Of a stretch of 64,000 nt of DNA, positions 52,111-64,000 are shown in pieces. The translations under genes and the position numbers were made by a program. The DNA comes from the human T2T-CHM13v2.0 reference genome, Homo sapiens. Location of the stretch: the NCBI RefSeq assembly GCF_009914755.1, contig NC_060926.1; one strand, given 5' to 3'. Positions within the stretch are counted from its first letter, which is position 1; each line of letters starts with the position of its first letter. Under the pieces are notes generated by a model. It ran no database searches and was not told the origin of the DNA. It saw only the letters and a program-made list of their open reading frames with translations.

Positions 52111-52637
52111 ATGCAGGTTATGTGGTATCTTTTCAGATTTATAGAAAAGTACACAGAAGAATAATCAAGCACCTGAATCCCATTATCTTGCTTTAACAAA
52201 TATTAAATGTTTTATCATATTGCATTAGATCCCTTTCCCTTTTTTAAAGAAATAACACACTGCAAATGCAGTTAAATCTGTGTACTTCCTCTATCAGCTG
52301 ATTTCCCTCCTTCCCTTTCTGAGAAGATAATGACTCCAGAATGTAATCATCCCATGTTCTCTTGCTACATGAATATATACCCCCAAATAAGTAATTCTGC
52401 ATGTTTTAAGATTGTCTGTAAATTATACAGCATGTATCTTTTTGCAATTTTAAAAATTATATTTCTGAGATTATTGCATGTTAATACAAAGTCCTTCATA
52501 GTCACATTTATAACTGCAGTGTAATCTTTAAATAAATATACCATATTTATTTATTCTAATGATGAGCATTTAGGTTGTAGCAGGCAACATAATGGTTACA
52601 CAGCTGACCACTTTTCCTTATTTTATTTTATTTTTGA

Positions 52638-52796
<159 letters not shown>

Positions 52797-52994
52797 TAGT
52801 AGAGATGGGGTTTCACCATGTTGGTCAGGCTGGTCTTGAACTCCTGACCTCAGGTGATCCACCCGCCTCGGCCTCCCAAAGTACTGGGATTATAGGTGTG
52901 AACCACTGCACCCGGCCTGCTTTTCTTTATTTACCTCCTTTTTTCTTGAGGCCTCTTATTCCCCCATGTTCTGTGAGTATTGCCTCTCCCACAT

Positions 52995-53388
52995 ACAGTC
53001 ATATGCATTGCTTAATGCTGAGTATGTTCTGAGGTGCAGGCTTAGGTGATTTTGTCATTGTGTGAACATCATAGAGTATACTTAGACAAACCTAGATGGT
53101 GTAGCCTGCTATACACCTACCTATAGAGTATAGCCAGTTGCTTCTAGGCTACAAACCTGTTGATATACTGAATACTGTAGGCAGTTGTGATACAATAGTA
53201 AATATTTGTATGTTTAAACATAGAAAAGGTACAGTAAAAATTCAGTATAAAAGATTTTAAAAATGGTACACCAGTGTTGGGCACTAATATGAATGGAGCT
53301 TGCAGGACTGGAAGCAGCTGTGAGTGAGTCAGTGAGTGGGCAGTGAGTGAATGTGAAGGCCTGGGACATTACTATACACTACTGTAAA
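52995..53388 (+). mobile_element. Tigger3-type (TcMar) DNA transposon fragment
   Basis: cagtcat...gaacatcatagagt...acaaacctagatggt...gaatggagcttgcaggactggaag matches Tigger3/Tigger3b. Confidence 0.8.
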
Positions 53389-54079
53389 CCAGTGATTGGC
53401 TTTAGCATGGGCATGTGGTAGAGACCTGACTGATCAAAGATACGTAAAGAGAGGCTTGAGGGAAATATTTTTCTCCCTGGATAAAAAGAGAGACATGAAG
53501 ATGAACCTTCCATCCAAACAAGATTTCTGAGGAGGAAAAAAAATAAAAATTGTATTTTAAAAAAGATAAATCTTCCAGTTTTGAATATGATTATGCAAGG
53601 TTATCTTGGGACTCTGAGGGTAAATTTGAGCGTGCTTGGATTTTTGGTACTGTCCTAGAATCACCCATTTCTCCTGACTTCTTTTTATGTGAAAGTTTTC
53701 CTCTGTTTTACCCACTTTGGTTGAGTGTTCTGTTATTGCAATAGTTCACATTAGAAAAACATTTACAATATTGTAATAAGGATTCTCTTTTTTTGAGACA
53801 TAGTCTCGCTCTGTCGCCCAGGCTGGAGTGCAGTGGCGTGATCTCAGCTCACTGCAAGCTGCGCTTCCCGGGTTCATGCCATTCTCCTCAGCCTCCCGAG
53901 TAGCTCGTACTACAGGCGCCCGTCACCATGCCTGGCTAATTTTTTTGAATCTTCAGTAGAGATGGAGTTTCACCGTGTTAGCCAGGATGTACTCGATCTC
54001 CTGACCTCATGATCCACCCACCTCGGCCTCCCAAAGTGCTGGGATTACAGGCGTGAGCCACCATGCCTGGCCCCAGTAA

Positions 54080-58240
<4,161 letters not shown>

Positions 58241-58364
58241 ATTTTATCATGAAGGAAATGGAGTAAAACTTTTTTTAGTGGATTGGCAACTTCCAGAGAA
58301 TTAGATTGTTTTGAATGTGTCTAGGTAGAAACTAATACTTGTCTCTCTCTTTAAATCTCTTTAG

Positions 58365-58375
58365 GAAAAATAGAA
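58365..58375 (+). other. SLC39A10: 5'UTR portion of exon 2 (GAAAAATAGAA)
   Basis: Lies between the polypyrimidine/AG acceptor and the ATG at 58376. Confidence 0.9.
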
Positions 58376-59383
58376 ATGAAGGTACATATGCACACAAAAT
58401 TTTGCCTCATTTGTTTGCTGACATTTATTTTTCATCATTGCAACCATTGCCATGAAGAACATGACCATGGCCCTGAAGCGCTTCACAGACAGCATCGTGG
58501 AATGACAGAATTGGAGCCAAGCAAATTTTCAAAGCAAGCTGCTGAAAATGAAAAAAAATACTATATTGAAAAACTTTTTGAGCGTTATGGTGAAAATGGA
58601 AGATTATCCTTTTTTGGTTTGGAGAAACTTTTAACAAACTTGGGCCTTGGAGAGAGAAAAGTAGTTGAGATTAATCATGAGGATCTTGGCCACGATCATG
58701 TTTCTCATTTAGATATTTTGGCAGTTCAAGAGGGAAAGCATTTTCACTCACATAACCACCAGCATTCCCATAATCATTTAAATTCAGAAAATCAAACTGT
58801 GACCAGTGTATCCACAAAAAGAAACCATAAATGTGATCCAGAGAAAGAGACAGTTGAAGTGTCTGTAAAATCTGATGATAAACATATGCATGACCATAAT
58901 CACCGCCTACGTCATCACCATCGTTTGCATCATCATCTTGATCATAACAACACTCACCATTTTCATAATGATTCCATTACTCCCAGTGAGCGTGGGGAGC
59001 CTAGCAATGAACCTTCAACAGAGACCAATAAAACCCAGGAACAATCTGATGTTAAACTACCGAAAGGAAAGAGGAAGAAAAAAGGGAGGAAAAGTAATGA
59101 AAATTCTGAGGTTATTACACCAGGTTTTCCCCCTAACCATGATCAGGGTGAACAGTATGAGCATAATCGGGTCCACAAACCTGATCGTGTACATAACCCA
59201 GGTCATTCTCATGTACATCTTCCAGAACGTAATGGTCATGATCCTGGTCGTGGACACCAAGATCTTGATCCTGATAATGAAGGTGAACTTCGACATACTA
59301 GAAAGAGAGAAGCACCACATGTTAAAAATAATGCAATAATTTCTTTGAGAAAAGATCTAAATGAAGATGACCATCATCATGAA
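58376..59383 (+). CDS. SLC39A10: SLC39A10/ZIP10 coding exon 2 (aa 1-336): signal peptide and His-rich extracellular N-terminus
   Basis: ORF MKVHMHTKFCLICLLTFIFHHCNHC... recognised as ZIP10, with about 50 His in 336 aa. Acceptor tctctttag|G at 58364/58365, ATG at 58376, phase-0 donor GAA|gtaagt at 59383/59384. Confidence 0.97.
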
Positions 59384-59578
59384 GTAAGTATAAAAAGATG
59401 TCCGATAGCTGCTTCGTAATTCTCATATAATTGTGGTGCATTTTAAAAACAGGATAAGTAACAGTGGAGTATTAATCATATTTAAACTTATTTCCATATG
59501 TTTACCTATGAAATATCAGGTAATGTTCATGAACAGAATACATTAAGGAATCAGAATCAGTGTAAAGATTTTTAAGTA

Positions 59579-59880
<302 letters not shown>

Positions 59881-60779
59881 TTAAAATCTGAATTTCACTT
59901 GTATTTGTTTGTTTCTTATATTCTCAAATTTGGTTTCCTCAAATCCAAACGTATTTTTAAGAAATTTTTTTTTGTAGCACGTATCTGAAGACTTAAGTGT
60001 TTTAATGTTGTTAGAAAATGTATTCCTTATGAATTATTTGACCCTCCAAGCTAGTCTCTTACTGTTATTATTGTTAGCCATGTTCTAGGTATTTGAAAAT
60101 TAAAATTTTTTAATTGTTGTTCAACTTGTCCTCTTGGGAAGTAACTAGAACAGTTTCTAGTTCATAAATTGTTAATTTATTGAATTAACTATTGAGTGGT
60201 TCCAAGTCATTGGTGTAGCTCCAAAGTCAGGTATTTTGCACATATGGCTAGCTTGTTTTCTCTGTGTCACTTTATGATAAGGCCTACTTACTCATGATAA
60301 TTGTTTTTGTCTCAGGCCTTTCACAGACTTAGGATGAATATAAAAAGGTATAATAATAAGAAACTAATAGTAATGGGATGTCCTGTTTTCCTTTAAAATT
60401 TTCATACTCTTGGGTACTTACACATTTGGTTGACTCCTTGATTTTCTTTTTAACTATTCACCTTAAGCACATTCATTTTAGTTTCATTAAAGGGATGTTG
60501 ATTCCTTGTTTATTCTATTTTTAGCATTCTTATTAAAGTTTAGAAAAACTTGTTGAGTTTGTTGTTCATATGTATAGAAAGTAGCACCATCAACTGTGGA
60601 AAATGACCACATCCTTTTCTGTCACTGTCGTTGAGATATGTTTTATGTCTAGGTAAAGATCTTTGTGTTTCTTCCCTTGATAAATCATCAGCTATTTGGT
60701 TTTCAGCAGTTATAAACACTGATTTTAAAATAACATATATTAAGATCTTAGTATGATTTTAAAGTATGCATTCATTTTA

Positions 60780-60902
60780 TTATTATTTTCAAAAATTTAT
60801 TTTTTGTAAAGATGGGGTCTCACTATATTGCCCAGACTGGTCTCAAACTCCTCGCCTCAAGTAGTTCTCCAGCCTTAACTTCCCAAAGTGCTGGGATTAC
60901 AG
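60780..60902 (-). mobile_element. Alu monomer (FLAM-like)
   Basis: gatggggtctcactatattgcccag...cccaaagtgctgggattaca. Confidence 0.75.
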
Positions 60903-60907
60903 TGCAT

Positions 60908-60953
60908 TAATTATTATGACTTAGGATAATTAATTATTATGACTTAGGATAAT
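60908..60953. repeat. Perfect 23-bp tandem duplication
   Basis: taattattatgacttaggataat x2. Confidence 0.93.
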
Positions 60954-62031
60954 ATCCTAGAATATTTTGTTGATAATTACAAGATTTTATTGTTCATTTC
61001 CTCTTTGTATCACATCCGTGAGGTTTGCATTATTAGACTTGTTAATGCTATTCTGATAGGTCTGATGTATACTGGGAATCTCATGATTCTGAAATGTTCA
61101 ATACTTTTAATAGAGTAGTACCTTATGGTAGTTAAGACCTAAGAAGATCAAAAGCAATTAAGTGGTGCTAAATAGAAAAAAATAAAAAATAAAAAAAAAA
61201 AACTAAGAAGAATCATTTTTCTGTGTTTATAGGTTTTGATTTTAGTTTTTGATGGGTTTTTTTTGGTGCCATAGATAAAGCCATATAGTGAGGTAGCAAG
61301 TCAATAAACAAGCATGCAACCAGAGCAGATATATGTGACAAAGGGACAGTGCCAATCTCTTTTGCCGTAATATTAGATACTTGTTTTTAACCATATGATG
61401 GATCCAAACTTGTTTGCTATTTGTTTTCTGCGTTGTTTTGTTTTTTATTATTTTTTTCTTTCTCCTCTTTAATCAGTTTTAAGCTTACTTTTTTTTTTGT
61501 TTGTTTTTAAAGTACCAGTGGATGAAGCTGCCTTTATTTTTATCTTCCAGTTTTGTTCCTATCAACCGACATTGGGCTAGAATTTTCCAAAACAATATGC
61601 TTTTAGAGTGCATTTGGCAATGAAAATGTCTATATAAGCCATTAAAGTACTCTAAATCTATTTAATCTGTTTCACAGATAAGGATCTTGAGTCACCGATG
61701 ATTGCAATTTGATAGGGAAATGATTTTTCTCATCATCCTACGAGAGTCTTGGGGATATAGTTGTGAGTCATCCTTATCCATGACAGAAAGTCATTATCTT
61801 TCATGTGTTGGAGTAGAAAAATTATTAAAGTCCATGAAAAGTTTTGGGTAATATAGTTGAGTGTATCCCTATTACAAATTCTTATTAAAAAGTTTTATTT
61901 GTAATAGATATCTATGTATTACAGATTATTTGCAAGTAATATTTAGAGTATTTCTTAGGCAGTAATTTATTTTTTTGCATAATCTCCTTAAAGACACTCT
62001 TATTTAATTTGTTTTATCACTTTCCTTGCAG

Positions 62032-62239
62032 TGTTTGAACGTCACTCAGTTATTAAAATACTATGGTCATGGTGCCAACTCTCCCATCTCAACTGATTTA
62101 TTTACATACCTTTGCCCTGCATTGTTATATCAAATCGACAGCAGACTTTGTATTGAGCATTTTGACAAACTTTTAGTTGAAGATATAAATAAGGATAAAA
62201 ACCTGGTTCCTGAAGATGAGGCAAATATAGGGGCATCAG
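62032..62239 (+). CDS. SLC39A10: SLC39A10 coding exon 3 (CLNVTQLL...CPALLYQID...NIGAS), cysteine-flanked PrP-like core before TM1
   Basis: Acceptor tttccttgcag|TGT is in frame with exon 2. Contains the LIV-1 subfamily CPALLY motif. Donor TCAG|gtaaga at 62239/62240 (phase 1). Confidence 0.96.
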
Positions 62240-64000
62240 GTAAGAGAGATTTTAAGTTTTTTCTCCTTAAAATAGTACCTGTACTTACTTTTTAAACTAT
62301 AGTTGAATTAGAAAAGAATCCTAAATTATTGACTTTCTTTTGTTGTCAGACTTTAAATATATTTTAATCAGGTTTAGATATGCATATTTAAAAGAAACTG
62401 GGGGAAGACGGGGGCACAATGTGTTTTATTTATCTCTTCTGGTATATTACAAAGGGATATTTTGCTATGGACGGAGAACTAGATTAAAAATGAAATATAG
62501 ATTTGTGATAAGTTGATTATTTTTGATGAGCAAATATAAATAATGGGACCCCCTAAATAAAGTTATTTGTTCTTCTAATTACTTAACATTTATCAGGGTG
62601 CCTCTGTTGAAAAGCAAAGATGATTAAAATTTTAAAGACATAAAAAGGGAAGCTACTGTGTGTAAACTCCAGGAATGTCTGGGAAATGCCTAACAAACTT
62701 GACATGTGAACTTTATTATGGGTATTTCTAGAGAGCTTCAACTAGGGTAAAACCAAAACTATTTTTAAATTTCTCTTAGGCTCTTTTTTCATCGTACCCA
62801 CTTGGCTCCACCTTGGTGTTCACAGGTACCTCCCACTTAATATTTCAAAACTTATACTCCAGACAAAATTTGTACCCCTTAATGGATCCCAAATATCATT
62901 AATTTCATTCTTTTGATAAAATCTAGAACTCTTTGACTTTCTTTTTCTCTTTTTTTTCTTTTCCTTTTTTTCCCATTCTATAATCAGGTATGAAGTCCAG
63001 TTAAAGCTATCTCTTCAGTATCTTCTAACTTCATCCACTCTGTCGTAACAATTCTGGATTTTCTTGGTTATTGGATTGTTGAAATAACTTCATAACCTTC
63101 CCTGCCTGTGTTCTTGTCCCCTTGCAAGACATTCTTAGCACTTAAACTAGATTTACCTTTCTAAAATGCAAAGAGATTCTGACACAGAATTTTTTCTTTA
63201 TAGTGATAGCTAACATTTTGTTAATACATACTTTTTAAATCTTATTTACTTAAACACATATCGCAGACACTGTTCTAAGCTGAATTCATTTACTCCTCAC
63301 AACACTTTTATGAGATAGGTAATGTTACTCTTCCCAGTAACTTTTCTGATATCTCAGAGCTAATAAGTGGTAGTACTGGGATTTAGTCCTGTAACCATTT
63401 TGCTATCTTATGTGTTGTTTTAAATGCATTTTTTTTTCACTAAATTTTGGCAGTAATCCTATGAGGGAGATATTATGATCCTTGTTTTTAAAAACAAGAT
63501 AAGGAAACTGACAGAGCCCACAAACCCTAAGGTTTGTCTGATGAAACCTCTGAGTATCTAATCCCTATGACATTGTCTTCCAAATTAAGTTAGTTCTGGT
63601 ATCACCTTTGTGATTTTTCCCATATATCTTTACACTATTTAATACTTTGTATTTTATCACTAATATATATTTTTTATATCTCTGGAACATGGATTTGATG
63701 TGATGTGCTAGTTATATTTTTTTCTCATACATTTTAGGAAACTGCATCATGCTATATTGTTCAGAGCCCTTTACTTGGCCCACAAGGCTTTCCGTAATAT
63801 GATCCTCCCTGCCTGCCTTGACATTCTTAACGCTCATCATTCATTTCTCTCCTCTTTTCTCAGTTCTAACCATAATAAACTACTGATAATAGATTGTGCC
63901 ATTTTTCTCCCATCCCTTTCTCCCTCTTCACTTTCTAAACCCCCATGCCTGACTGACGACTACGATTCTTCAAAGATTCAGATCAAGTATTGGCCCTTCT

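Noticed and set aside
58425-59339. Alternative-frame and antisense ORFs within exon 2 (70, 87 and 154 aa; the last two Ile/Met-rich)
   Set aside because: By-products of CAT/AAT/GAT codon repetition in the His-rich frame; no independent evidence.
59384-59419. ORF extension VSIKRCPIAAS* past exon 2
   Set aside because: Read-through beyond a consensus gtaagt donor; it is intronic unless intron retention is shown.
61181-61202. AATAAA followed by an A-run in intron 2 as an intronic poly(A) site
   Set aside because: Genomic A-tract that would cause internal priming; no downstream GU element immediately after the signal.

Overview
Primate (most likely human) genomic DNA containing the 5' part of SLC39A10 (ZIP10, a LIV-1 family zinc importer) on the + strand. 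About 35 kb of Alu/LTR/DNA-transposon-rich upstream sequence is followed by a CpG-island promoter (~35.1-36.6 kb) with two non-coding first-exon donors (35350, 35621), a ~22.7 kb intron 1, coding exon 2 (58365-59383, ATG 58376, His-rich ectodomain) and exon 3 (62032-62239, CPALLY motif). The gene continues beyond the window. The most notable sequence-level observations are: (i) five copies of a spaced inverted repeat (T)ACGC-N5-GCGT(A) across the core promoter; (ii) an MTF-1-type metal response element that overlaps the start codon of a splice-junction uORF (MHTALECEEK*) ending 2 nt before the ZIP10 ATG; (iii) exon phases under which an exon 2 circle would encode a secreted ectodomain and an exon 2-3 circle a stop-free ORF; (iv) an old U6/L1 chimeric retrocopy with target-site duplications; (v) several nested mobile-element stacks. 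Repeat family names come from recalled consensus sequences, and repeat boundaries are approximate unless a TSD is given.
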